Shown here in pieces: positions 10,414 to 19,658 of a stretch of DNA of 32,765 bases (within the stretch, counting starts at the first letter, position 1; the number at the start of each line of letters is the position of its first letter). The notes below the pieces were generated by a model, which was not told where the DNA came from, ran no database searches, and saw nothing but the letters and a program-made list of their open reading frames with translations. Origin of the DNA: a virus (lineage: Duplodnaviria > Caudoviricetes). The stretch lies in IMG/VR virus record IMGVR_UViG_3300037634_008553, positions 1 through 32,765 of that record; one strand, written 5' to 3'. The position numbers and the translations under genes were made by a program.

Positions 10414-11391
10414 ATGAGTTCATTTCTAGACAATGAAGGAAATTTAGTTGTAGATGCAATTTTAACTGACGAAGGAAGAAAGCTTTTAGCGGAGGGGGCG
10501 TTCAATCCCACCCACTATTCTTTTGGCGATGACGATATTAATTATATATTATATGCAAATACAGCAAAGACTCCCTCCACTCCAATATTTCAGTCGCCCG
10601 TCTTTGAGGCCATGACTGATAATTTTGCTGCGCAACAACATCGCCTAATAACATATGCGAACAATCAACCGGGATATTTATATTTGCCTTCATTGGCAAT
10701 GGTAACAGGAGAGTACGGTGCTACAGACATAGCAACTGGTGATAGCTCCGGATTTTTAGTTTTGCTTACCACTCAAGCGGCTGTTAACAAGTACGCCGCC
10801 ATCGCCGGCGGGATCCCCGCCGGCTTTCAAGACGCTCAGTTGGATGGTCAAATGGCAAATGGTGCTTTATCAAAATATGGCGCAACGTTTGATACGGGTT
10901 TCAGGACAGACGAGATTAAAGGAATTCAAAGAACAGATAAAATAAACGCAGAATTAAAAAACAGCGCTTATATGATCCAAATGGATGATAAATTTTTAAC
11001 TCTATTGATACCCGGAACTGGCAAGCAGGTAGCCGGCCAACTCTCCACTGCGCTCACTGCCCCATCGCAAGGTGTAGACGATGATGACATTAGGAGCTAC
11101 CTGTTGACGGAAAAGCTTAATGCTGCATTTTTTGATACCAAATTATCTATCAACACACTATCGCCCATTTTGGGCGCATTTACGGGCCCTCGATTAAAAT
11201 TAAGAATGGTCCCCTCTTTGTTGCTTAGAAAAGCGAGTCCGTGGGTTTCTAGTTTATACCCCGTACAGACTTTGACCAATTTCTTTCCAGACACCACCGA
11301 TGCTCTCGCGATTGACACTGCTGTTAAAATAACGGGAATGGATACGGGCATAACCAACACTATTTACATCAGATTGATTAAAGAGACATAA
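10414..11391 (+). CDS. Putative baseplate/tail-fibre attachment protein
   Basis: SD GAGAGGA at 10401-10407. DAILTDEGRKLLA resembles the start of the P2 gpH/DUF3751-type tail-collar domain. Paralogous to 3617..4486. Confidence 0.55.
   Translation: MSSFLDNEGNLVVDAILTDEGRKLLAEGAFNPTHYSFGDDDINYILYANTAKTPSTPIFQSPVFEAMTDNFAAQQHRLITYANNQPGYLYLPSLAMVTGEYGATDIATGDSSGFLVLLTTQAAVNKYAAIAGGIPAGFQDAQLDGQMANGALSKYGATFDTGFRTDEIKGIQRTDKINAELKNSAYMIQMDDKFLTLLIPGTGKQVAGQLSTALTAPSQGVDDDDIRSYLLTEKLNAAFFDTKLSINTLSPILGAFTGPRLKLRMVPSLLLRKASPWVSSLYPVQTLTNFFPDTTDALAIDTAVKITGMDTGITNTIYIRLIKET
11359..11366 (+). promoter_or_regulatory. Candidate late promoter ACTATTTA
   Basis: 36 nt upstream of ATG 11403, inside the 3' end of the preceding gene. 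Confidence 0.4.
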
Positions 11392-11402
11392 CGGAGAAAT
11401 AA

Positions 11403-12533
11403 ATGGCAACCATTAAGAAAATTTTAAACGCTAAAGACGTATTTTCAGCGAGATCAATAACTCACGAGTATATTCCCATTACGGGCAGTGTGGTTTCTGG
11501 CACTTATGCCGATCCCACGTTGGCTAATTCAAATATTAGGCGATATTCTCATGGCATGTTTGAATCAACTTATGATTACCCATTTAGTAGTGCTAGCTCA
11601 AATCACCTTTGTGATATTACCTTTGGTGTTTATGGCGACAGCACCATCGCGCCTCTTGTTATTACTGGTTCCGGAACAAGCGCTACCAACCAAGCAGACG
11701 CAAAGAAAAATATTTATGCTGAAATGGCTGCTATTTTAGTGGGTGTTGACGAAACAGGGTCTGTGCGGCCGTTTGATAGGCTTGGCAATTTTGGTACGAC
11801 AACCGTCACTAACAAAATGAATACTGCTTATTTTGTTAATTTTTCCCGCCTTTTGACAAAAGACGGTATTCAGGAGGGGTCTTTTGAATTATTATTTAGT
11901 ACCGGTAGTTTGTGGGGTGCAGCACATGGCGCCGCCGGCGGAACGCCAGTTCGAATTTCAGATTCCGGCTCTGTAACTCAAAATAGTGTAGCTGGTGAAT
12001 ACCGCGTGCTGTATTCAGCATCTGCCGGCGAATCTCTGAATGATACCAAGGCAGTTGGTTTATTATATAAGCAATATGGTGTTGCTGTTTTAGAATTAAG
12101 CTCTAGTGTTATCACTGGCTGTTTGGATAACAATGATCAGCTTGTGTCGTCTTCTTTGCACGAATATTTAACTTATGGCCCCGCCAGCACAACTGCGTCT
12201 ATTAATGAACTCGGCGCCGGTTTTAGAAATAGGTGGAAAAATTTAACATTTAATAATAATGTTGAAATTAATAGTACAATATATAATTGCTATGGTGCCC
12301 CACACGAATTTAACTATAGTTCGAATCCGACTTATGTTGATGCAACGGGTTCTATCCGCACACGCTTAAGCCCAAACAACACGCCCTCCTACAATGAGGA
12401 TTTGAAGGTATATATTACATCAGTTGGCTTATATGATTCAAAGGGTACATTGCTGGCTGTTGGTAAGATATCGGAACCTGTTGAAAAGCGCCCGTCGAAC
12501 GACTTTACGGTTAGGTTAAGACTTGATTATTAA
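11403..12533 (+). CDS. Putative baseplate/virion structural protein (C-terminal paralog of 12533..13891)
   Basis: SD GGAG at 11393-11396. C-terminus FNYSSNPTY...YITSVGLYDSKGTLLAVGKISEPVEK...RLRLDY. Confidence 0.6.
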   Translation: MATIKKILNAKDVFSARSITHEYIPITGSVVSGTYADPTLANSNIRRYSHGMFESTYDYPFSSASSNHLCDITFGVYGDSTIAPLVITGSGTSATNQADAKKNIYAEMAAILVGVDETGSVRPFDRLGNFGTTTVTNKMNTAYFVNFSRLLTKDGIQEGSFELLFSTGSLWGAAHGAAGGTPVRISDSGSVTQNSVAGEYRVLYSASAGESLNDTKAVGLLYKQYGVAVLELSSSVITGCLDNNDQLVSSSLHEYLTYGPASTTASINELGAGFRNRWKNLTFNNNVEINSTIYNCYGAPHEFNYSSNPTYVDATGSIRTRLSPNNTPSYNEDLKVYITSVGLYDSKGTLLAVGKISEPVEKRPSNDFTVRLRLDY

Positions 12534-13891
12534 TGCCAAAATATGTTTTTAAAAGTTCAGATATCTTTACAAATTATATACGGACCCATCCGAAGTTCGT
12601 AATAGACTTTTATTTTAATAACATTTATATAAATAAGAATATGGCACAGGGCGCCTCGCTGCCCAATGGTACAATTTCTTATTTTGAAAACGTGAGCGGA
12701 AGCAAACCATTTGTAGTTAGTGGGGAGAATGTTGGCCCGCTGGCTAAAATATATCCTTATAAATCAAGGGTGGCCACACAAAAAGACTATCCTAAATATG
12801 ATGGGATCGCTTTAACTGGCTCTTATCCCCTTACCTCCTCTGTAGAAAGAAATATAATTATATCTGCATCAAATGGCCCCGAAGTGGAAGGCGTTACATC
12901 TGTTAGAACGGGAGTTGCGTTTCAAAAAACTGTAAATAAGGTTACTTCGCTTTATAACAATTATAATTCGTATGCTCCACAAAGCCCTTACTTTGATTTT
13001 AATACTTATTTAATGAAAAATGGTGGTAAGCCACCAAAAGAAAAGTTAGTAAGTCCGCTAAACCCAAATAGTCAAGCAAACACCATACAAACCGGCTCGG
13101 CATTGCGGCCACCATTTATTAATGTTATTGAAATCCCGCGTCTTTATCGGGGTGAAAGAATTAATCGGGGCACCGTTAAGCTTCAATTTTATTATACGGG
13201 GAGTTTGTTGGCAGAGGCTTCCGACACGACTAGGAATGGACAACTGATTGAGACAGTTGGCCCGCGCGCAGGGAGCACTGTTGGGACTGTGATGTATAAG
13301 GAGGGAATGATCTTATTAACAGCAAGTTATGATTTACATTCTCTCAGTGATGGATATTTAAGCCCCCAATTGGGTTCTGTAGACCCTACCACTGTTACTT
13401 TATCACCATCTTTTGTTGATACTTCTAAGTGGACCCATTTTGGTTCTTATAAATCGTTTGTGACTTCTTCTGTTGATGCCCTTTCATCCAGCTTTGCGCC
13501 GGTAAGTTCTTCTTACACACTAGAATTTGAAGGCACCCACGTTATTCCCACCATGCTGATGACAGCACATGCACCAAAAAACGATTTAAATTGGAGTAAC
13601 AACCCGACGTATGTTGAAAGAAAAGATACATATGCTAATAGAAGCTATAATGAGATATATGTTTTAGGGACTGGCTCCTTTGGCTACATAGAGGAAGAAA
13701 ACATTGATATAAAAAACACTATTTCAAGTTCGTTCTGCCAATATACGGCTTCATATGTGCCACAAACATACATATCTAAAATAGGCGTTTATGATGATGA
13801 CGGTGATTTGATAGCAATTGCAAAATTAGCCAATCCGGTGCGAAAAACTAATGAACAAGATTACACTTTTAAGTTAAAATTAGATTTATGA
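12533..13891 (+). CDS. Putative baseplate/virion structural protein
   Basis: TAATG overlap with the previous stop. C-terminus LNWSNNPTY...YISKIGVYDDDGDLIAIAKLANPVRK...KLKLDL matches the previous gene. Confidence 0.6.
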   Translation: MPKYVFKSSDIFTNYIRTHPKFVIDFYFNNIYINKNMAQGASLPNGTISYFENVSGSKPFVVSGENVGPLAKIYPYKSRVATQKDYPKYDGIALTGSYPLTSSVERNIIISASNGPEVEGVTSVRTGVAFQKTVNKVTSLYNNYNSYAPQSPYFDFNTYLMKNGGKPPKEKLVSPLNPNSQANTIQTGSALRPPFINVIEIPRLYRGERINRGTVKLQFYYTGSLLAEASDTTRNGQLIETVGPRAGSTVGTVMYKEGMILLTASYDLHSLSDGYLSPQLGSVDPTTVTLSPSFVDTSKWTHFGSYKSFVTSSVDALSSSFAPVSSSYTLEFEGTHVIPTMLMTAHAPKNDLNWSNNPTYVERKDTYANRSYNEIYVLGTGSFGYIEEENIDIKNTISSSFCQYTASYVPQTYISKIGVYDDDGDLIAIAKLANPVRKTNEQDYTFKLKLDL

Positions 13892-14421
13892 TACTTGGAT
13901 TAGATATTTCAACCAGCATTACCGGCGCGACTGTAATAGATGACGAAGGCAATGTTGTTTTCTGCGAGGCATGGGATACTCGCAAGTTTAAAAGTTTTTT
14001 TGAAAAGGCCGCTTACATTAAAAACAAATTAATTGATGTAAAAGCGGGATATCCCATTACAAAGATTGCGATTGAACAGTCGTTACAAATGTTTCGTGCC
14101 GGCTTTTCGTCAGCAAAGACGCTTACAACGCTTTCAAAGTTTAATGGCGCCATAAGCTGGATATGTTATAGTGTGATGGGGCTGGAACCAGAATATGTTT
14201 CAGCTACGACCGCTCGTAAACAAGCCGGCATTAAAGTACCACGCGGAACTAAGGCAAAAGCGGTGGTTCTTCAATATGTGCTTGACAACGTGCTTGGTTT
14301 CGAGGTACAATATACTAAGCACGGCAACCCAAAACCCGGCTCTTATGACAGGGCTGATAGCTTGGTGATTGCAAAGTCCGCGTATATTGAATGGTCGAAA
14401 AACAAAAAACAGCCATCTTAA
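13888..14421 (+). CDS. ruvC: RuvC-like Holliday junction resolvase
   Basis: RNase H-fold catalytic motifs ILGLDISTSITG, IAIEQ and DRADSLVIA. Size 177 aa. Confidence 0.85.
   Translation: MILGLDISTSITGATVIDDEGNVVFCEAWDTRKFKSFFEKAAYIKNKLIDVKAGYPITKIAIEQSLQMFRAGFSSAKTLTTLSKFNGAISWICYSVMGLEPEYVSATTARKQAGIKVPRGTKAKAVVLQYVLDNVLGFEVQYTKHGNPKPGSYDRADSLVIAKSAYIEWSKNKKQPS
14282..14311 (+). promoter_or_regulatory. Sigma70-type promoter inside ruvC, upstream of primase
   Basis: TTGACA (14282-14287), 18-nt spacer, TACAAT (14306-14311). About 80 nt before the primase ATG at 14391. Confidence 0.55.
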
Positions 14422-15341
14422 AGAAGATTTTAGGCTCTTATCGGCAAAATGGGGATGAATATCTCTTCTTTTGTCCGTTTTGTAAACACCACAAGCGGAA
14501 ATTGTCCCTAAATCTGCAAAAAAACGCTTGGAAGTGCTGGGTGTGCGACACCGCTGGGAAGAAGATCTTCCAATTGGTGAGGAAATTCGGCGGCCTTTCG
14601 GACGTTAAGGAATGGATTAAGCACGACAAGACGGTTGATATCTCTAAATGCGATGAAGAACTGTCAAATTTGTTCTCTGAGGAGCGGCCGGCCGCCGTTA
14701 AGCTTGAATTGCCGGCTGAATTCGTCTCACTTGCGAGCAAAAACCTCTCCAGTGGGGCGCTTGCTCCCCTGACGTACTTAAAAAGCCGCGGCATCACCCA
14801 AAAAGACATTTTATATTGGAAAATTGGGTATTGTCCTTATGGAGAGTATGAAGGGAGGGTTATAATCCCCAGTTTTGATATGGATGGTGATGTCAACTTT
14901 TTTACTGCAAGGTCATACCGCAAGCACTATTTAAAATACAAGAACCCGAAGGTTCCAAAAAATGAAATCATCTTTAATCATTTGTTTATCGATTTTAGTT
15001 CTCCTGTGTTTATTGCCGAGGGTGTGTTTGACGCTATTCGATTGGGCCAGAATGCTATCCCAGTTCTTGGTTCAACTCTGCATCGACACAGCGCGCTTTT
15101 TAAAGAAATTGTTTTGAATAAAACCCCAGTTTATCTAGCACTTGACGCCGATGCAGCCCAAAAAGAGAGTAATATAATTAAAAATTTGTTGCAATTTGGT
15201 ATAGAAGTGCGTAAAATAGATACTGAAGGCTACCAAGATATTGCTGAGATGTCACAACACGAAATAGGAAAGAGGATAAAAGAAGCATCACATATTACTG
15301 CTGAAACGCTGTTTATGAAGCAAATCTTGCAAGCTGTTTAA
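14391..15341 (+). CDS. dnaG: DNA primase (zinc finger plus TOPRIM)
   Basis: CPFCKHHK...WKCWVC zinc finger; YLKSRGI; RVIIPSFD...FFTARS; KYKNP; TOPRIM motifs AEGVFDAI and LALDADA. Confidence 0.88.
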   Translation: MVEKQKTAILKKILGSYRQNGDEYLFFCPFCKHHKRKLSLNLQKNAWKCWVCDTAGKKIFQLVRKFGGLSDVKEWIKHDKTVDISKCDEELSNLFSEERPAAVKLELPAEFVSLASKNLSSGALAPLTYLKSRGITQKDILYWKIGYCPYGEYEGRVIIPSFDMDGDVNFFTARSYRKHYLKYKNPKVPKNEIIFNHLFIDFSSPVFIAEGVFDAIRLGQNAIPVLGSTLHRHSALFKEIVLNKTPVYLALDADAAQKESNIIKNLLQFGIEVRKIDTEGYQDIAEMSQHEIGKRIKEASHITAETLFMKQILQAV

Positions 15342-15348
15342 GAAATAC

Positions 15349-18300
15349 ATGAGAATCGCCCACATATCGGACATTCACGTCCGCAACTACAAGTACCATT
15401 ATGAATACAGAGAAGTTTTCCAGCAGTTATTTAACAAGCTAGAAGAACTCAAGCCAGACATTATTGTCAATACAGGAGATACGGCTCATACTAAGTGTAA
15501 TTTGAGCCCAGAGTACTTCAATTTAACGTCATGGCTCTTTACGAGCTTGGCCAAGATTGCTCCACTCCATATGATTTTGGGTAATCATGACTGTAACGTC
15601 AAAAACTCAAGCCGCCTCGACGCAGTTACGCCACTGGTTGAAGCCTTGGAAGACCCCAATATTCATTTTCACAAATATACGAAAGAGGTGCCCTTGGCCG
15701 ATGGCATTGTACTCAATGTCCTTTCCATCCTCGATCAAGACAAGTGGGACACCCCATCAGACTCCACGAAGACCAACATTGCTCTTTACCATGGCGCAGT
15801 CGCTGGTTCCAAAACGGACACTGGTTGGATTATGGAGCACGGAGAGATAGATCTTGATTTCTTGGAAAACTTTGACTATGGGCTGCTTGGCGACATCCAC
15901 AGAACCAATCAAATTGTTGATAACCACGGCAAAGCTCGATATCCCGGCTCTCTCATTCAGCAGAACTTTGGGGAGTCGCTAGATAAGGGTTTTTTACTTT
16001 GGGATATCAAAGATAAAACGAACTTTACTTGCGATTTTTACGAGTTAAAAAACCCAAAGCCTTTCGTCACGATTAATCTCACTCCAAAGGGAAGAATACC
16101 CATGGGTTTAAGGCCCCTAGAAGGCGCTAGGCTGCGTTTAGTTTCCTCAGACAACCAGAGCATCGAAATCTTCAGAAAAGCCGTAGATATCGCCAAGAAA
16201 CGCTTTAAACCAGAGTCTATTTCTTTCTTGAATCGTGCGCAAGGTGGAAAACGCATAAGTGTTGAAAAAGAGGTCGGTTCTGCCATTCATGAAAATTTGC
16301 GTGATCAAAGCGTGCAAGAAAAACTCATAGCTGAGTATTTAAAAGAGTACAATGTTGATGAAAAGACGTTAAATGAAGTTTATTCTCTTAATGCAAAATA
16401 TAATGCCTTGGCAGAGTCCGATGAGGAAACCACCAGAAATGTCTCATGGAAAATCAAAAACTTTAAATGGAACAACCTCTTCAATTATGGAGAGGACAAC
16501 GAGTTGGACTTTACTAAACTTGCTGGAACTGTTGGAATATTTGGTAAAAACTATAGTGGTAAATCTAGCGTCGTTGATAGTTTACTCTACACAATTTATA
16601 ATAATACTTCTAAAAATATTCGCAAGAATTACAACATCATCAATGAACACAAGGATCAGGGCTCTGGTGTCGTGGAGATTGAGGTTGGTAATAAAACTTA
16701 CAAGATTTCAAGGGAATCAAATAAGTATGTTAAGAAACTTAAAGGCGTCAGTACGAACGAAGCAAAAACCGATGTAGAGTTTTCCTGCGCTGACAATGTT
16801 TTAAAGAGAAAATACAACTTTAACTCTACGGAAAGGCACGGCACAGACAAGAACATCAAGAAAATATTTGGGTCGTTAGAAGACTTTCTTTTAACTTCGA
16901 TGTCTTCTCAGCTTGGTTCGATGCAGTTTATCAATGAAGGCTCGACAAGACGCAAAGAGATCCTAGCCAAATTCTTAGACTTAGAGTTTTTTGAAAAGAA
17001 ATTTAAAATTGCAAAAGACGAGTCGGCAGGCCTTAAGGGTACTCTGCGTCGTTTGGAGGGCAAAGAATATGATGAAGAAATATCAACTGCCAGAAAAGAT
17101 CTCTTCGCTAATGAAGCAGATACTCTCAAGAAGAAGGGTATATGTAACAACATTAAAAAGGAAATTGAAAGTTCTAAAACAGCCATTGCAGGATTAGAAA
17201 AGAAAATTGCTGTGGTTCCTGCTGAGTCGATTGATGTTGAAAAGATTTTAGTTAAAAAAGAAGACTCTACAATTCTACTTGAGGGCTTCCAAGAAGAAAG
17301 TAAAGGCTTGAAAGCAGAAATTAAAAAGAATAAAGCTTTTATAAAGAGAACTAATAAGCTTTTAGAGAACTTTGATTTGCAATTTTTCCAAAACAAGCTA
17401 GAGCAAGAGGCTATAAAACAAAAAGACTTAGAAAAGCTGACCAACGAAGCTGCCTTAGAAGAGCAAGCTCTTGGCTCGTATGAAAAACAACAATGTGTTC
17501 TTAAAGGTATACCGTGTGGCGATAGTTATTTGACATCGTGTCGGTTTATTAAGGACGCTTACAATGCATCACAAGAAATAAAAGATGTAAAAAAGAAATT
17601 ATTAGAACTAAAAAATAAGAAAAAGGTGGCAAATGGACAAATTATCAAGCTTGATACGCCGTCTGCTCGTCTTCACATTCATAGTTATGAAGAGCTTGTG
17701 AAAAAAAAAGAGCGAGCTACAAAAGAAAACGGCTCACATGAGCTAAATATTCAGAAAAATTTGAACAAAACCACTGAATTCGGGTCTAAAATAGCCGAAA
17801 TCCAAAAGAAAATCGATTATTATAATGAAAACAAGGAATCAATTGAGAATTGCAATGAGCTAATAAAGGAGAAGGAGGCACAAGAACAATCGATCCAGGC
17901 CCGCTCGGCGAGATTGACCTTGTGCGAAGAAGAAGTTTACCAATTGGCCGTCAAACACGGCGCACTAATCCAAAAACTTGAAAATATCGAAGAACAAAAG
18001 CAGGAATTGGCCAATTTACAGGTAGAATTCGCCGCAACAGACCTGTTTTTGCGCTGCATGCACAGTAATGGCATTGCATTTGACATTATTAACAAGGCGT
18101 TGCCCGTCATCAACGAAGAAATCTCAAAAGTGCTTGTAAATATCGTTGATTTTGAAGTTTATTTTGAAAAAGACGGAAATAAGTTAGACATCTTCATTCA
18201 TCACCCCAATCACGAGCCACGCCCATTAGAAAACGGCTCCGGAGCAGAAAAAACGCTCGCATCCATCGCTATTCGAATTGCTTTATTAAATATCAGCAAT

Positions 18301-18507
18301 ATGCCTAAATGCAATCTAATTATACTAGATGAACCGGGCGCAGCTTTGGACGAAGAGCACCTTGAAAGCTTCACCCGTATTTTAGATATGCTAAAAAGCT
18401 ATTTTGATATTGTGATACTAATTACTCACATAGAGAGTTTAAAAGACGTTGTCGATATGACAATTGACATTACAAAAAAGAACAGTTTTGCGTATGTAAA
18501 CCAATAG
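15349..18507 (+). CDS. sbcCD: Fused SbcD/Mre11 nuclease - SbcC/Rad50 ATPase (T4 gp47-gp46-like)
   Basis: Metallophosphoesterase motifs HISDIH, GDTAH, GNHD and LGDIH. Walker A GKNYSGKSS, long coiled coil, signature GSGAEK, Walker B IILDEPGAALD and H-loop ITH. Confidence 0.9.
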   Translation: MRIAHISDIHVRNYKYHYEYREVFQQLFNKLEELKPDIIVNTGDTAHTKCNLSPEYFNLTSWLFTSLAKIAPLHMILGNHDCNVKNSSRLDAVTPLVEALEDPNIHFHKYTKEVPLADGIVLNVLSILDQDKWDTPSDSTKTNIALYHGAVAGSKTDTGWIMEHGEIDLDFLENFDYGLLGDIHRTNQIVDNHGKARYPGSLIQQNFGESLDKGFLLWDIKDKTNFTCDFYELKNPKPFVTINLTPKGRIPMGLRPLEGARLRLVSSDNQSIEIFRKAVDIAKKRFKPESISFLNRAQGGKRISVEKEVGSAIHENLRDQSVQEKLIAEYLKEYNVDEKTLNEVYSLNAKYNALAESDEETTRNVSWKIKNFKWNNLFNYGEDNELDFTKLAGTVGIFGKNYSGKSSVVDSLLYTIYNNTSKNIRKNYNIINEHKDQGSGVVEIEVGNKTYKISRESNKYVKKLKGVSTNEAKTDVEFSCADNVLKRKYNFNSTERHGTDKNIKKIFGSLEDFLLTSMSSQLGSMQFINEGSTRRKEILAKFLDLEFFEKKFKIAKDESAGLKGTLRRLEGKEYDEEISTARKDLFANEADTLKKKGICNNIKKEIESSKTAIAGLEKKIAVVPAESIDVEKILVKKEDSTILLEGFQEESKGLKAEIKKNKAFIKRTNKLLENFDLQFFQNKLEQEAIKQKDLEKLTNEAALEEQALGSYEKQQCVLKGIPCGDSYLTSCRFIKDAYNASQEIKDVKKKLLELKNKKKVANGQIIKLDTPSARLHIHSYEELVKKKERATKENGSHELNIQKNLNKTTEFGSKIAEIQKKIDYYNENKESIENCNELIKEKEAQEQSIQARSARLTLCEEEVYQLAVKHGALIQKLENIEEQKQELANLQVEFAATDLFLRCMHSNGIAFDIINKALPVINEEISKVLVNIVDFEVYFEKDGNKLDIFIHHPNHEPRPLENGSGAEKTLASIAIRIALLNISNMPKCNLIILDEPGAALDEEHLESFTRILDMLKSYFDIVILITHIESLKDVVDMTIDITKKNSFAYVNQ

Positions 18508-18517
18508 GGGCAAACAA

Positions 18518-19045
18518 ATGAAGATAACCAAAGATAGGCTAACTCAAATGATAAGAGAGGCGGTCATCAGGATCGCTGAAAGAGACGATGGTGAGGACGA
18601 GGCCGAAGGCGCTGAAGTTGCCACCGATGAAGCCGAAGATATCCTAGAGAAACTTAAAGACATCTTAGAAAAGTGGTCAGACGCCGATTACGCGTCCGAG
18701 ACCGACCGCTGGCAAGAATATGCTAAAGATATACAAGACCTAGTTGGCGAATACAAAGGCGAAGACGCCACCGAAAAGAAGAAAGATAAAGACTGGGGTG
18801 GCAAGAAGGGCGATGACGATCGATCCGCCGAAAAGCGCGGAGATAAGAAAGGCAGCGATTACGAAACCACCAAGAAAGGCGATAAAACCGCAAAGGGTAC
18901 AAGCGCCTACTCTCAGCAAAAGGCGCCTTCTAGCCCCAAATCCAAAGGGCCCAAGCTAGCCAAAATGACTTACGAAGCCAAGAAATTGGAAGAAGCTGTT
19001 TATAAAAAGCTGAAAACCATGCTTAAAAAGCGGAGGGTTAAATGA
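18518..19045 (+). CDS. Putative internal head/core protein with MKIT-type leader
   Basis: Starts MKITKDRLTQMIREAV. Acidic N-terminal half and Lys-rich C-terminal half with KKGD repeats. Confidence 0.45.
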   Translation: MKITKDRLTQMIREAVIRIAERDDGEDEAEGAEVATDEAEDILEKLKDILEKWSDADYASETDRWQEYAKDIQDLVGEYKGEDATEKKKDKDWGGKKGDDDRSAEKRGDKKGSDYETTKKGDKTAKGTSAYSQQKAPSSPKSKGPKLAKMTYEAKKLEEAVYKKLKTMLKKRRVK

Positions 19046-19254
19046 TGGCAAGAATGAAAGCGTTTGCGGACAAACATTTGGAAAGATTTATGTCGAGGAA
19101 ACTGTTGGTGTGGCTTTCCACAACCTCGTTGCTTCTCGCAGAATACGTTAACAGTGAGCAGTGGGTTGCAATTTCCCTTGCTTACATTGGCTCTCAGGGC
19201 TTGGCAGACATTGCCACAGCTTGGAAATCAGGGCAATTATTAAAGAAGGGTTAA
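19042..19254 (+). CDS. Putative holin (small two-TM membrane protein)
   Basis: SD GGAGG at 19032-19036. SRKLLVW followed by two hydrophobic segments and a basic tail. Tandem Met start. Confidence 0.5.
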   Translation: MMARMKAFADKHLERFMSRKLLVWLSTTSLLLAEYVNSEQWVAISLAYIGSQGLADIATAWKSGQLLKKG

Positions 19255-19258
19255 GGCA

Positions 19259-19621
19259 ATGAAGCTACATGAAAAACTAAATAAAGGTTGGAAAAAGTTT
19301 TTAAAAGAGGCCGACGCCGGATGGCCTAGGCCAAATCCCGAAGATCCCACGAAGCCACACCCTCTCGCTGGCCCAACCAAGGCACAGCGCTTTCAGGCAC
19401 CACCGGATACCGACACGCCGCCTGCTGACTACGGCGACGAAAGCGGCGCAGGCGAAACTGAAGAGTTGTCTTTGTTTGATCAGGGAAAAGAATATTTTAC
19501 AAAAGTATACGGCAAGGCGAAAGAGGACGATTCCGAGGCAATCGAGGCATTAGAGGCCTTGGCCGAATGGCTTGAAGAGGAAACGGGCGGCGTTATAACA
19601 CTTTCGAGTCTCTACGATTAA
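19259..19621 (+). CDS. Putative internal head protein with capsid-targeting-like leader
   Basis: Starts MKLHEKLNKGWKKFLKEA. Acidic, Pro-rich body. Confidence 0.45.
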   Translation: MKLHEKLNKGWKKFLKEADAGWPRPNPEDPTKPHPLAGPTKAQRFQAPPDTDTPPADYGDESGAGETEELSLFDQGKEYFTKVYGKAKEDDSEAIEALEALAEWLEEETGGVITLSSLYD

Positions 19622-19642
19622 AATGACTTGGTTAGCAGTTAA
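19617..19642 (+). repeat. 26-bp direct repeat, copy 1 (ATTAAAATGACTTGGTTAGCAGTTAA)
   Basis: Identical to 20079-20104. The two copies flank gene 19655..20074. Confidence 0.95.
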
Positions 19643-19658
19643 GGTAAATAAACAATGA
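19623..19658 (+). CDS. 11-aa mini-ORF MTWLAVKVNKQ, possible translational-coupling leader
   Basis: Duplicates the first 7 codons of gene 20085. Its TGA overlaps the ATG at 19655 (ATGA). Confidence 0.4.
   Translation: MTWLAVKVNKQ

Noticed and set aside
14926-14933. ACTATTTA inside the primase gene
   Set aside because: More than 400 nt from the next start; probably a chance occurrence.
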